From IMG/VR virus record IMGVR_UViG_3300020037_003256, positions 32,001 to 96,000 of that record: a stretch of 64,000 nt of DNA; one strand, given 5' to 3'. Position 1 is the stretch's first letter. Each line of letters opens with the position of its first letter. Of this stretch, positions 9,950-20,125 are shown one piece after another. Under the pieces are notes generated by a model, which had not been told where the DNA came from, searched no databases, and worked only from the letters and a program-made list of their open reading frames with translations. Made by a program: the position numbers and the translations under genes. Source of the DNA: a virus. Its lineage: Duplodnaviria > Caudoviricetes.

Positions 9950-12622
9950 TTAGTTTCTGGCTGCTTCGTGGATGTTTGGTTCTCCAGCATCTGCAGAACC
10001 CAAGCCAGTGGAGTTCATAGACCCAGGACCACCACCAACCGTTTTCTCTTTCAAGAAGAGTACGACGTCCCCAAGAACCTCGAAAGCGTTCCGGATAGAG
10101 TCTTCTAGTTCTGGCAGATCTTGCTTTCCGTAGCGATCCTCGAATTCTTCTTGATGCCAGTAGAACATGAACAAGATGCGGCCCAACTTGTCCAGGGCCT
10201 TCATCAAATCACCCAAATACCGATCGACTAGTGAGTCCTGCCGCACAGACTTCAACATGCCGCTAATCATGGCAACGTCGAACACTTCTTTCTGTCCGCT
10301 TTGTGCTGCCTGTTGTGCCATTTGCATGGCATGTTGGTCAGGCTGATAAAACGGATCATAAATGGAAGGATCGGTCAGCTGTGACTGCATACCGTCCACA
10401 GGCATGAATTCTTCCTGCGGATAGATTGCATTAACCGCGTTATGCGGTCCCATCTGTTCCATACCCATCTGCGGGGATGGGAACGAAGGGGCACCTGGCC
10501 CAGGTTGCAAGTTTCCGTCCATGTACGGTGAAGCGTACTTCACAAGAAACTTGGCACTAACGTTCCGGTACGCCTTTGCTGCCGCTTCTTTCAACATCTC
10601 ACGCGCCTGAAACTCTCGCAATCCGTGGTCACGAACTAGCGATATCAGTGCAGCTTTCTTCGTAAGTTGTTGTGATCCTCGCGGCCCTTTAATCACCACT
10701 TGCGTGCCTGTATCGAGTAACGACACAACGCTGGCCTGCTTATGAAAAAGCATCTGCAAGTCGATCAGGTTGCCAGGTTGAATTGGCTGCTCTTTGCTTC
10801 CAGCCTCAATGTCTTCGCTTGAGCTAACAGAACACATGATGCTCAACGGTACATCGTCGTCTTCGTCTTTCTTCTTCGGTTTGGGTGGATCCGAGATCTT
10901 AATTAACTTGTAGCTTTCTGGGATAGAAAGCTCACCGTTAACCGACCGAAGACCCGAGCCTTTCCGGTGATTGATATACACGCGAGCCTTAATGGAGTTA
11001 TAGCCAAGCTCCCAGTCCTGAGGTCTATCCAGCTTAGCTACGCACTTACGACGATCGTTGTAAGAGCAGTAATCCATCCACGCTACAGAATACACACCGT
11101 CGCCGAAATCGTCATTCACACGAAACGGACAGGTACCGCTTCCGTTGGCGTGTACAGCAACGTACGTACCACCCTTCTCCAGCGTCTTAACCTCTTTAAG
11201 GTTATCTACGTACTTCGTCCAATCGGCAGGCACCGGACAGTCGCACTGCTTAGCCCAAAGATTGGTACGATGAATGTTTTTCCAATCCCGTGGAGAATCC
11301 TTACGAAGTACGACACAGAAATCTTCTCGACCCCGGCCCGAGTGCGGGTTAGAAATTACGATCATTTCGGAGAACTTCCCAGGCTTTTCCAAAACCTCGT
11401 ACAGCCCTGTCTCGGAAGGATTCGTCATCTCCGCGTTGACTTGCGTGTTGTACGCGATACTTGTAGCATGCGGGTCACGTTTGTCTTTGATGAGGATGGT
11501 ATCCTTCATCAGCTTCTCGCGTTCCTCGTCCGTCAACTCCGGCTTATTTTCTTTAATGCCGCTAGGTGCATCTGCGTCCACACCTAGCTCGTCTGCTGCG
11601 TAGATGTACAAGCCCGCGTTTTTCTCCGGCTTCGGTGGTTCCGGAATCAAGCTCCACGGCTCCTTGGACTTGTTCTCTTTCTTCTTGTCTTTGTCGCTAC
11701 TCGTCTGTGGTGGAACAATGTAGCTTTCTGCTCGTTTAAGTAGGCTGCTTTCATTGTCCTTGATCTTCTGGGCCATCTTCGTGAAGAAGTCGTGGCCATA
11801 GAAGCGATCAAAACCACGTTTGATAAGCGGGTATCGAAGACAAGCTTTCTCAAACGCCGTCTTCAGTACACCAAAGTCCCCAAGGAAATTGTGCATGTCG
11901 AACTTAGCTGCAGTACTGGCCAAAGCCGCAGTCAGAGGTTTTTCTCGCACACTGGAGAACTCAAGCGCACCAGTGTAGCCCGGGAACAAAGCGTTAGCTT
12001 GCTTCGTAGCCATAGCCATGACGACAGGTAAAGCTCCGTGTGTCCACGAGGCCAAACAAGGATTGAGCGGAGTAGAATCACTCCCGTATTTCGTGCCTAC
12101 AGGCGGACGAGACAGCTTAGACATGTTGGGCATTAAGCCGCCAAGCTGGTGCGTGTTTTGGTCAACTCCCTCGCCTAAGACGTGTGGTCTTCGCGAGATT
12201 AAATAGTTGACCCAGTTTTCTTTCATAGGCACAAAGGTGTCTTGCTTCTTTATGTAAAGAAGCTCGTGGCCTTTTAAATCGCCGTTCAAAAAGAATACAG
12301 GCCCGTACAGCCACTGATCGCCAACCTTAAAACCAAATAGCCCCATGGCTTTGGTGTTATCTTCGTTGCGATCGACAAGCTGAAATCCGATGATGAAGTC
12401 AATAAGTCTTGGGGCTTTATCCTTAGCATACGCGTAGGCCAAGGAGCTGAAGGCTTGTTCGAAGCCTTGCTCCTGCTCACCCCCTAGTGACGCCTGTTTC
12501 CAGTGAACTAGCGATGCGTTGTTAAGGATATTGCGTAGCTCAGTACGAGTCGCCTTTGACGTCCAAAAATGGTCAAAGGTGGTCGCCCGTTTTTCAAAAA
12601 GCGTTTTTTGAAGTGCCAACAT
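9950..12622 (-). CDS. large putative virion structural protein (~890 aa)
   Basis: Segmented by K-x-A motifs (EKRA, WKQA, LKRA, EKNA, HKQA, VKYA); start at ATG 12622 with GGAAGG SD. Confidence 0.65.
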   Translation of the reverse strand: MLALQKTLFEKRATTFDHFWTSKATRTELRNILNNASLVHWKQASLGGEQEQGFEQAFSSLAYAYAKDKAPRLIDFIIGFQLVDRNEDNTKAMGLFGFKVGDQWLYGPVFFLNGDLKGHELLYIKKQDTFVPMKENWVNYLISRRPHVLGEGVDQNTHQLGGLMPNMSKLSRPPVGTKYGSDSTPLNPCLASWTHGALPVVMAMATKQANALFPGYTGALEFSSVREKPLTAALASTAAKFDMHNFLGDFGVLKTAFEKACLRYPLIKRGFDRFYGHDFFTKMAQKIKDNESSLLKRAESYIVPPQTSSDKDKKKENKSKEPWSLIPEPPKPEKNAGLYIYAADELGVDADAPSGIKENKPELTDEEREKLMKDTILIKDKRDPHATSIAYNTQVNAEMTNPSETGLYEVLEKPGKFSEMIVISNPHSGRGREDFCVVLRKDSPRDWKNIHRTNLWAKQCDCPVPADWTKYVDNLKEVKTLEKGGTYVAVHANGSGTCPFRVNDDFGDGVYSVAWMDYCSYNDRRKCVAKLDRPQDWELGYNSIKARVYINHRKGSGLRSVNGELSIPESYKLIKISDPPKPKKKDEDDDVPLSIMCSVSSSEDIEAGSKEQPIQPGNLIDLQMLFHKQASVVSLLDTGTQVVIKGPRGSQQLTKKAALISLVRDHGLREFQAREMLKEAAAKAYRNVSAKFLVKYASPYMDGNLQPGPGAPSFPSPQMGMEQMGPHNAVNAIYPQEEFMPVDGMQSQLTDPSIYDPFYQPDQHAMQMAQQAAQSGQKEVFDVAMISGMLKSVRQDSLVDRYLGDLMKALDKLGRILFMFYWHQEEFEDRYGKQDLPELEDSIRNAFEVLGDVVLFLKEKTVGGGPGSMNSTGLGSADAGEPNIHEAARN
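12596..12609. repeat. dispersed palindrome copy 2 (AAAAAGCGTTTTTT, 1 mismatch; intragenic)
   Basis: TTC-AAAAAGCGTTTTTT-GAA; encodes QKTLFE directly before KRA. Confidence 0.8.
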
Positions 12623-12670
12623 GGTATCCTTCCCTGGAACCAACCAAATGTTTAAGACCCAGTATTTTGT

Positions 12671-14038
12671 TTAACGACCAGCGCCAGGGTTAGATTCCTG
12701 CGACTGTGTGTAGTCCCACGGTTGCGGATATGGGCGGAATTCCGAAGGCATCATAGCTGCACCAGCCGCGTACCCCGGGGACCGCGTACGTCCACCAGTT
12801 AACCACGCGCCGTACGGTTTAGCGGCACCAGCCTGGACAGGAACTTGACCAGGCTTCGCCCCAGGAGCCACTACGTGCATTCTCGCCGCATCCATGTACC
12901 TTCGGATATTCTGAGAATCAGGAGCTGCCGTAGGATCACCAGATTGTCGTGTGGCAATGTCTTGCAACTGTCTTCGAATTTGTTCCGCATCGTACGGCAA
13001 AATACTAGAAGAGTTCAGTCGCTCTTGCAACTGCTTCCGTAGATCTGCGTCGCCCGGTTGCGGCGAATTACGGCGAATAGCCCCGTCCAGCTCAGACTGC
13101 ATTGCCTGTTGTTGCGTCAACATATGTTGACGCATCGTGGATACTTGATCCCGATTATCACTCCACGGGTTCAGTCCCCAGAAATGGTAATTTAGCGGAT
13201 TATACCCGGTATTGCCGCGGAAGTTTCCGGCTTGGAGTTTTTGTTCAAGTTCTGCGTACTTCCCAGTATCCCCGGCAAGTCTTGCTTTCTCCATCTCGTC
13301 CCGAAGCGGTTTTGTCGCTGCATCGTATCTTGCATTGTTGTTGTTGTAGATATCCACACGTCGCTGATAAAGCTCTGGCTTAGGTCGATTAGCTTCTGAC
13401 GAACTGAACCATCGCAATGGATTAAAAGAAGTACCGGCTGTATTTTCAGCGTCATTGTCCAAGTGCGCCGCACCTACTGTGGCACCAAAAGGTGCAACCA
13501 CAGTTCCACCGATACGCTTCGCTGCAGACATCGCGCTATATTGATTACCGCCCACCTGCTTACCGCCTAACCACTTGAGCCCGGCACCAAGCCCCTTTAC
13601 CAGTCCAACACTGGCCGTTTTCTCCATACGCGAGATAAGCATGGTGTCAGCTGCGGCTTTTGCCAAAGTAGCAGATACCTGCGGAGCACTACCCAAGGTA
13701 ACAGGCGACTGCATATGGTCCGGCAATTTTGGTAGTGCCCTGTTAGCCAAAGCACCACCCATCCAATTTCCGTTGAAACGCCCAAGTGCCGTACCGCTGC
13801 CAATAGCCGTGGCTGCCGTAAGGCCTTTACCTAAACCACCCTTAAACTTAGCAGCGCTTTGCAACATCTTGTAAATAAGGGCAGCACCAGCCGTACCACC
13901 GACAGCCGTACCAGCCTGGCGTCCAGCAGAACGTCCACCTTCCAGCATACCTTCCGATTTGATTTGGTTTCGCATTAGCGCGTTTTGCCGTAACGCTTCT
14001 AATTTAGCCATTGAGCCAACAATATCTTCGTTAGCCAT
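12671..14038 (-). CDS. putative virion/ejection protein, Gly/Gln-rich, 455 aa
   Basis: Gly-zipper-like N-terminus; AKAAA and EKTAS motifs; AGGAGG SD. Confidence 0.6.
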   Translation of the reverse strand: MANEDIVGSMAKLEALRQNALMRNQIKSEGMLEGGRSAGRQAGTAVGGTAGAALIYKMLQSAAKFKGGLGKGLTAATAIGSGTALGRFNGNWMGGALANRALPKLPDHMQSPVTLGSAPQVSATLAKAAADTMLISRMEKTASVGLVKGLGAGLKWLGGKQVGGNQYSAMSAAKRIGGTVVAPFGATVGAAHLDNDAENTAGTSFNPLRWFSSSEANRPKPELYQRRVDIYNNNNARYDAATKPLRDEMEKARLAGDTGKYAELEQKLQAGNFRGNTGYNPLNYHFWGLNPWSDNRDQVSTMRQHMLTQQQAMQSELDGAIRRNSPQPGDADLRKQLQERLNSSSILPYDAEQIRRQLQDIATRQSGDPTAAPDSQNIRRYMDAARMHVVAPGAKPGQVPVQAGAAKPYGAWLTGGRTRSPGYAAGAAMMPSEFRPYPQPWDYTQSQESNPGAGR

Positions 14039-14104
14039 CGTGTTCCTCCTGAACGCTGATCTTAGATGAAAGTATACTCCACGGATTTACCAATCGCCAT
14101 AGCG

Positions 14105-17100
14105 TTAGTAACCAGGATCAACGATTTGCCGTCGCTGTAAACGATCGAGCATGCTGGCATCTGGTTTGCCGAAGTTGAAACCGCCTATGCCTGCAGCGGG
14201 TGGCTGCGTGTCCGAGAACGTAGGCGTTAGCGGCTGAATTAGCGGCGGAGGCCCTTGGGGCATAAACGAGAAGCGAGCCGGTGTATTGTCCGGTGGTGCT
14301 GCCCGCGGTGTTTGTCTACGTTTATCAGCTGCAATAGCGTCGTTAATTTCGAACGCCAAGCTCGTATTACCGACCTTGGCTGCCCGTTCGGCTAACTGCT
14401 GCAGCTGTGTCACCCTTTGCACATTGGCCGGGGTGCCGGGCGATAACTGCAAAGACGTTAGTTCTTCCCCTAACCACTCCTTGAACGCATCTTTGTCATA
14501 AGGACTCGCCGTATTGTTCAACACTTTATCTGCAACGCCCTTGCCGTGCTGTAGACGCACGTTTTTATACGTCTGCTCAGCGTCTGTCCGTAACTGTCGT
14601 TGCGTACTGAGATACTGTGCATTTGCTTTATCTCCGCCCCAGGCCTGATTTACAAACTTGTTGGTCGAGATATGCTTGGCGTCAGCGTCCTGCACAATCT
14701 TACGGTTACGTACTAGTTTCTCCTGCTCGTCTGCGGTTAGGACTCGGCGACGTGCTGCTTGCTCCAAGTACTGTACGTACGCATGGGCATGTGCCGCTTG
14801 GTTAATATCCGTGCGTTGGGCTTGTTCTTGGTTTGCGTTATGATTCTTCCATGTGTCTTGAAGCACTACGCTAGACGCGCCAATGTTAGCCCCGGGATTG
14901 ATAACGTTGTCCAGTATATTACCGGCGTTGTCCCATATCCCTTCTCGCGGACGCATCTTGTCTTCAAACTTAGCACGCAACTCATCATCAGAAGTCAGGG
15001 CTGTCATCGCAGTCTCAACGCCGATGTTCAGCAGCGGTACTCGTTTTGCTAAGTTCAAAAGTCCCTTACCCGCACGCTTCAGTGCTTCGTCTCTCGCTTT
15101 ACGGGCAATCTCTCGCTCAACTTTGTTACGGAACAAGTCACGAGCACCGTTGTACATCGGACGTACTAACATCCGGTGCACTGCGCTACCCGTGACGGGC
15201 GAGGCCCAGGCGTGAAGAGATTTCTGCCACCACGAATTAGCTCCCTTGGCTTCTTGCAACAGTTCGTAATCCGATACGTCGCCCTCCGGTGCAACATTTG
15301 TCATCAGATGTTGCATCACGTAGTCATTAGGTACGCCCGTGGTCTGAAACTCTCTCAACTCTTGTACGGTCTTCTCCATCTCCGGAATATCCGGATTCGC
15401 AGGCTCGCTTGCCTTGAGCTGCACTATTTGTTCCTGCAGATCCGCGATTCGTTTACCTGGGTCGCCGCCAACCGTTTGCAGTATCTGCCCATTCAGCTGC
15501 TTACGCGTCTCTTCGAATTTTGGCTGCCCCGGTTCGTATCCGTTCTTCTTAAGCAGATACGCACGACGCGCGGAATCCATCATTTTCTGTTGCGCTTGCT
15601 GATCCGTAGTATTCGCACCTAATGTCGCCTTGAAAGCATCAAACTGTTTGTTGCCACTTTCCCATCCGCTCATCTTCGCAATCTGTTGAACAAGTGCATC
15701 AGGTTGCGATAAGTTGGGAACAGCAGTAGGAACTATTGGCGGCAGCGCCGGAGCCTGTGGTTTTGCCTGCATGGCATTAGGCTTCGCAGGATCGTTTTGT
15801 TGTCCAAGCAATCCGTTCCATTTCGGGACGATGGCGTCATTGTCTCCGATCAAAGAATCAGACCCGTCACCGAATTGCCGTGGAGCTCCGTTCTGCCCGT
15901 ACGTTAACGAAGCAACAGCATCGCTATCGAGCAACGAGCCGAATCTCGCGATGTCTCCAAAGTGCCCACCGAAACCCGATCCCGGGTTATTACGATCACC
16001 ACCACCCGCAACGAAATTAGCAGCCATTTCTGGGTCGTCGAACTGTGTCAGTATCCCAGACGAATTGGCTGCCCCCGTAAACGGCGTGTTGGCTTTGTAA
16101 GGTCCACGCTGCACGCTATCTGTCCATGCGTTATCCCGAACACGCCCTGGATGTATTTCACCTGGGGCTGCCGGCGTCGTAGGTGTACCTGGTACGGCTG
16201 TCGCGGTCGGTGCCTGTGGAACCGCGGGAACACTTGGCGGTGTCGGTGGTCCCGCGGCATTGGGTAAGAACGTGTAATTGTTTGCACGAGATTGGCCTGG
16301 TGCGTTGTTTGCACCGGTACTTCCTGGCATCGGGTTACGTGTAGCCGTCACAGGGGCAGCGGTAGAGCTACCAGTAGAACCAGGTGTAGTCGTATCAACC
16401 TTTGGCGCTGACGACATAGCCGCTGCTTTTATCAGGGCCAAAGCTTCTTGTTGCAGTTCGTCCGCGGATAGTTTGAACAACCCAGTAGGTTTTGGTTTAT
16501 CCTCTTTAGGTTTGATCGGTGCCGCGATAGACGGGGCCTGTGATACAGGAGACTTTGCACGAGGATCACCAAATGGCTGTCCTTCTGGTGGTGGGGCCGT
16601 ACCCTTCTCAGAAGAACGAACAGCGCCAACACGGCCAAAGTCAACAGCACGGGCTAGACCTGGTACAAAGCTGGTCCCTAATTCGTCGGATACAGCTCCG
16701 TGGTGCGTCGCATCAAGCAACGACGACTTCAACCCGGAACCGTACATACGCGTCATCCAGTCTGGATCGTACTGAAGTGAGTACATCCCGCGGATCATGT
16801 TCGACTGAAATGGTGCTGGATCTTTATGTACTGCAACAGAGTTTACGCCAAAGTGCTGCAGCTCTTTCAAAACAGACGGGCGTACTTTGGTTCCAATTGA
16901 ATAGTGCAGTACGGGCCGCTCAAGATATTTGCCAAGTGCTTTCTTCGGATCCAGTTCTTCGTGCCCTTCTCGCGGTTCGTAAAGGTGCTCCATGGTGGAG
17001 TACGGAACGACGTCGTCCGGTACGTTGTCACCGTACTCATCCGTAAGCTTTACGTGGTTAATGAGCCCACGAGCCAGTAACTCCACGTTACGCCGGTTGA

Positions 17101-18466
17101 CCTTCATACCGGCGTCTTGCATGGCCTTACGAAAGGCGTTCACGAAGTACCGTTTGCCTTCCCCAATACCTTTGTGTTCTGTAATCACAGCTGGGTTAGG
17201 AAACCCTTCTGTGATAACGTCGCCGGCCTCAACCGAATCCCCTTTCTTTACCTTCAATTCTACGCCAGCAGGTACGTAATGCCGCTGATCTCCGATCCAG
17301 ACGTAATTACCACCGGCAGGCGCTTCCTCAATCGCGGAGACGGTACCATCCTTCTCCGAATGCGTGGCTCCGCCTTTAAAAACTTTCGGTACTTGGATCA
17401 GCTGGTTGATGTAGGCGAAACCGCCAACGGCTTTTTCCTGGCCAGCGACACCACCAGAGTGTTTAGCCGAAAGCTGTCCTTGTGCCAAAGGCTCAGACAA
17501 AGCCTGTGCTGCCGTAAGCCCTACCTGTTCTCCACGACCAGGTAATGTACCTTTCTCGCGTACACCAACGTCGCGAGCGTACACACCGCCATCCGGAGAC
17601 CCGCCAATAAGCGGGCTACGCACAAGGATACGGTCGTGTCCTAGGCTTTTAATGTGCTTTAGTATTTTGGGTGTCAGGGCTGTGTTGCGTTTGTACGGCC
17701 CCACGTCTTTGGCCAATAACGATCCTTCGTTGTCCCCGTCGTCCGTATCGACAGGTAGGCCACGGTCCGGTAGGTCCCGTTCGTCATCATCCCCAACAAC
17801 CATTAAACGGTGCGAGACTTGGTTCAGCTGTTTACTAAGATACCCAGCATCTTGGGTAGCGAACTTAGTCGCCATAGTACCACGGCGAGCACCGTACATG
17901 CTCGCCCAATACTCCATTGGCTTTAACCCTTCACTGTAGCTCGACAGTACAGGTAAAGGGATTACGTCGTCACGATGGTCGGAGTACAGCATGTCCCCGC
18001 CCAGTAACGACCCCAGGTTCATCTTGTTACCACGAGAACCGGATACAACCTGCATAGCAAGCGGGTTGTTAGCCTTTACCGCTTCGTCGTAGATATCGTC
18101 GATTTGTTTCTGTTGATAGGACCCGACCGTCTTTACAATTAGCTGCTTACGTTGTTCTGGCGTGATATCGTCGCGGCTAAGGATCTGCTGCATCTTTCGC
18201 TGGATCGCTATCCGATTGCGTTTAGCTACAGCAGAAGTTCTTAAATGCTGCAGGCCAAAAGTGTACCCGCCGAATTCTGTTGCTACGGTCCGCCCGATAT
18301 CGCTCAGTTTCTTAGACACCTCAACGTACTTTTCCGGATGCTTTTGCGCAAGCTCTTGCAGCAGCTGATTCGACCCTTTCTTGTCAAGTACGCGATTATC
18401 GTCTCGCATGTCTTCGGGTAGTGCTTCGTTAACAAGCAATCGCCCCATGGTTGTCCGTAGCATCAT
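14105..18466 (-). CDS. rpoC: RNA polymerase beta' C-terminal half fused to a ~780-aa extension, 1453 aa
   Basis: TTMGR; SGSRGN; bridge helix EGLKPMEYWASMYGARRGTMATKFATQDAGYLSKQL; trigger loop GEQVGLTAAQALSEPLAQGQLSAKHSGG. Confidence 0.9.
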   Translation of the reverse strand: MMLRTTMGRLLVNEALPEDMRDDNRVLDKKGSNQLLQELAQKHPEKYVEVSKKLSDIGRTVATEFGGYTFGLQHLRTSAVAKRNRIAIQRKMQQILSRDDITPEQRKQLIVKTVGSYQQKQIDDIYDEAVKANNPLAMQVVSGSRGNKMNLGSLLGGDMLYSDHRDDVIPLPVLSSYSEGLKPMEYWASMYGARRGTMATKFATQDAGYLSKQLNQVSHRLMVVGDDDERDLPDRGLPVDTDDGDNEGSLLAKDVGPYKRNTALTPKILKHIKSLGHDRILVRSPLIGGSPDGGVYARDVGVREKGTLPGRGEQVGLTAAQALSEPLAQGQLSAKHSGGVAGQEKAVGGFAYINQLIQVPKVFKGGATHSEKDGTVSAIEEAPAGGNYVWIGDQRHYVPAGVELKVKKGDSVEAGDVITEGFPNPAVITEHKGIGEGKRYFVNAFRKAMQDAGMKVNRRNVELLARGLINHVKLTDEYGDNVPDDVVPYSTMEHLYEPREGHEELDPKKALGKYLERPVLHYSIGTKVRPSVLKELQHFGVNSVAVHKDPAPFQSNMIRGMYSLQYDPDWMTRMYGSGLKSSLLDATHHGAVSDELGTSFVPGLARAVDFGRVGAVRSSEKGTAPPPEGQPFGDPRAKSPVSQAPSIAAPIKPKEDKPKPTGLFKLSADELQQEALALIKAAAMSSAPKVDTTTPGSTGSSTAAPVTATRNPMPGSTGANNAPGQSRANNYTFLPNAAGPPTPPSVPAVPQAPTATAVPGTPTTPAAPGEIHPGRVRDNAWTDSVQRGPYKANTPFTGAANSSGILTQFDDPEMAANFVAGGGDRNNPGSGFGGHFGDIARFGSLLDSDAVASLTYGQNGAPRQFGDGSDSLIGDNDAIVPKWNGLLGQQNDPAKPNAMQAKPQAPALPPIVPTAVPNLSQPDALVQQIAKMSGWESGNKQFDAFKATLGANTTDQQAQQKMMDSARRAYLLKKNGYEPGQPKFEETRKQLNGQILQTVGGDPGKRIADLQEQIVQLKASEPANPDIPEMEKTVQELREFQTTGVPNDYVMQHLMTNVAPEGDVSDYELLQEAKGANSWWQKSLHAWASPVTGSAVHRMLVRPMYNGARDLFRNKVEREIARKARDEALKRAGKGLLNLAKRVPLLNIGVETAMTALTSDDELRAKFEDKMRPREGIWDNAGNILDNVINPGANIGASSVVLQDTWKNHNANQEQAQRTDINQAAHAHAYVQYLEQAARRRVLTADEQEKLVRNRKIVQDADAKHISTNKFVNQAWGGDKANAQYLSTQRQLRTDAEQTYKNVRLQHGKGVADKVLNNTASPYDKDAFKEWLGEELTSLQLSPGTPANVQRVTQLQQLAERAAKVGNTSLAFEINDAIAADKRRQTPRAAPPDNTPARFSFMPQGPPPLIQPLTPTFSDTQPPAAGIGGFNFGKPDASMLDRLQRRQIVDPGY

Positions 18467-18483
18467 GCACCTTGAGGTATTCT

Positions 18484-18497
18484 AAAAAACGTTTTTT
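18484..18497. repeat. dispersed palindrome copy 3 (intergenic, 17 nt before the beta'-C start)
   Basis: CT-A6CGT6-AG, perfect 18-bp palindrome. Confidence 0.9.
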
Positions 18498-18547
18498 AGC
18501 GTCGCACCGTTCATCCTGCAACGGTGCGATGGATAGCGAGAATTGCG

Positions 18548-19132
18548 TCAGTCTGCGTCATCGTCTTCAGTAGTTTCTTCCGCAGGTGCTGTGGGTTGTG
18601 CTTCCACAGGATCAGCCGGTAGAACTTCTTCGGTACCCGCCAAGAACGCGAACTCGTTAGTCGGTTCTTCCGGTGCCTTCGCCGCAATCGCCTGAGTTGG
18701 TACGACCGCAGTGTCAAGATCTTGGCGAGCGATCGCAATGCGCTGATACTGTGCTTCTGTAATCTCAGATCGCGTTACCGCGAGATCCCAAGCAACCCAG
18801 AACTTTTTGCGAAGCCCCTCATCGGGAATATGGAGGCGTACGGATTGGTCTGTGTCCCGCACAACCGCGATCGCATCCTTTACTCTCGCCCGTAAATTCT
18901 CCAAGGTATCAACTGTGAACTGTACCACAGTCGCACCAACACGCTTGGTACCGGCCTTACTCCGTGCCGTATGTCGCGTGTCGTTTACATGGGGGCCAAG
19001 TGCCGAGGCACTACCGGACGCATAGATTTTGTCCGTCGATTTGTCGTCGTTCCACTTTGTAACGTTCCACTTATCCGCGTCTTTTCTTTGTTGTGGTTTA
19101 CGTGGGGACTGACTTGGAATTTCACTAGCCAA
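18548..19132 (-). CDS. hypothetical protein with acidic tail (~194 aa; probable TTG start)
   Basis: TAGGAG SD (stop of previous gene) before TTG at 19132. Confidence 0.6.
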   Translation of the reverse strand: MASEIPSQSPRKPQQRKDADKWNVTKWNDDKSTDKIYASGSASALGPHVNDTRHTARSKAGTKRVGATVVQFTVDTLENLRARVKDAIAVVRDTDQSVRLHIPDEGLRKKFWVAWDLAVTRSEITEAQYQRIAIARQDLDTAVVPTQAIAAKAPEEPTNEFAFLAGTEEVLPADPVEAQPTAPAEETTEDDDAD

Positions 19133-19142
19133 AAGGAATCTC

Positions 19143-19406
19143 CTATTTAGGTCCTGCAAGCAATCGCACACCAGGATCTGGTTTAGGCATCACCAGCCTG
19201 TCGACAACGACCGTCGTTTTAATGCCCAATACTTGCAACATTCGAGAGAAGTCGCTGCAACCTACACAGCTTACAGCGATCGCGCCATCTGGTCCGTAAA
19301 CGGCACCAACAGAGACAGGCGTATTCAGATCGTCCATGACGACGAACTGATTTACGTCAAGAACTATTGGAGGTCCGCCGACCTTAGGTATTAATTGAAT
19401 TCGCAT
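19143..19406 (-). CDS. hypothetical protein, 87 aa
   Basis: TAATG overlap with the upstream gene. Confidence 0.65.
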   Translation of the reverse strand: MRIQLIPKVGGPPIVLDVNQFVVMDDLNTPVSVGAVYGPDGAIAVSCVGCSDFSRMLQVLGIKTTVVVDRLVMPKPDPGVRLLAGPK

Positions 19407-20104
19407 TAGTTTCTGCTGTTACGCAGCTTAGCTATCGCCGCTGCTCGATTTTGCATTACAGTAAAACCCGTAGTGTCGAACGCTACGCCGTTCGCCTTAT
19501 AGCTTCCTGCCTTCTCCCCGCCAGGAGAACCAGCGCCCTGCATCGGATCCATTCCAGGCATTTGTCCGATAGCCCCTCCACCGCCCCCACCGCCAGCCCC
19601 AGACGTAGTCGGTTGTCCGTTCGCCATAGCTGTCAGCTTTTCGGGCGTGGCCACCATATCCTGTGCGGGGATAGATACACCCAGCGTATCGGCGATCTTG
19701 GCCAAGATATTTTTTATTTGCATAATCTCGACGTTTACGTCGATCTTAGGCTTCAGACCGCCACCCGCACCAGCACCCGCCCCGCCACCACCCGCACCTC
19801 CGCCCATTTGTTGTTGCATCTGCTGGATCATCTGCATCATCTGGTCGATACGTGGGTCACTTGGTGGTGCACCACCTCCACCCATACTAGGATCTCCACC
19901 GGGAGGCATACCACCACCCATGCTAGGGTCTCCGCCTGGAGGCATTCCTCCACCTGCGCTTGGATCACCACCTGGAGGCATTCCTCCCCCACCAGCACTA
20001 GGATCGCCACCAGGCACGAACGCAAACTTACTCATACCAGCTTGTCGCGTCATGCTTAACAACGCCGGGTTGATTAGGTGATCGTCATTGTAACCGTTGC
20101 TCAC
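19406..20104 (-). CDS. Gly/Pro/Met/Gln-rich low-complexity protein, 232 aa
   Basis: Four PGGDPS(A/M)GGG repeats; SKFA and EKAG motifs; AGGAG SD. Confidence 0.7.
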   Translation of the reverse strand: MSNGYNDDHLINPALLSMTRQAGMSKFAFVPGGDPSAGGGGMPPGGDPSAGGGMPPGGDPSMGGGMPPGGDPSMGGGGAPPSDPRIDQMMQMIQQMQQQMGGGAGGGGAGAGAGGGLKPKIDVNVEIMQIKNILAKIADTLGVSIPAQDMVATPEKLTAMANGQPTTSGAGGGGGGGAIGQMPGMDPMQGAGSPGGEKAGSYKANGVAFDTTGFTVMQNRAAAIAKLRNSRN

Positions 20105-20125
20105 GTGAAACTCCTTTTACCGTGA

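Noticed and set aside
14071-14099. Possible minus-strand sigma70 promoter TGGCGA-17-TATACT before the 455-aa gene
   Set aside because: The -35 match is weak and there is no independent support
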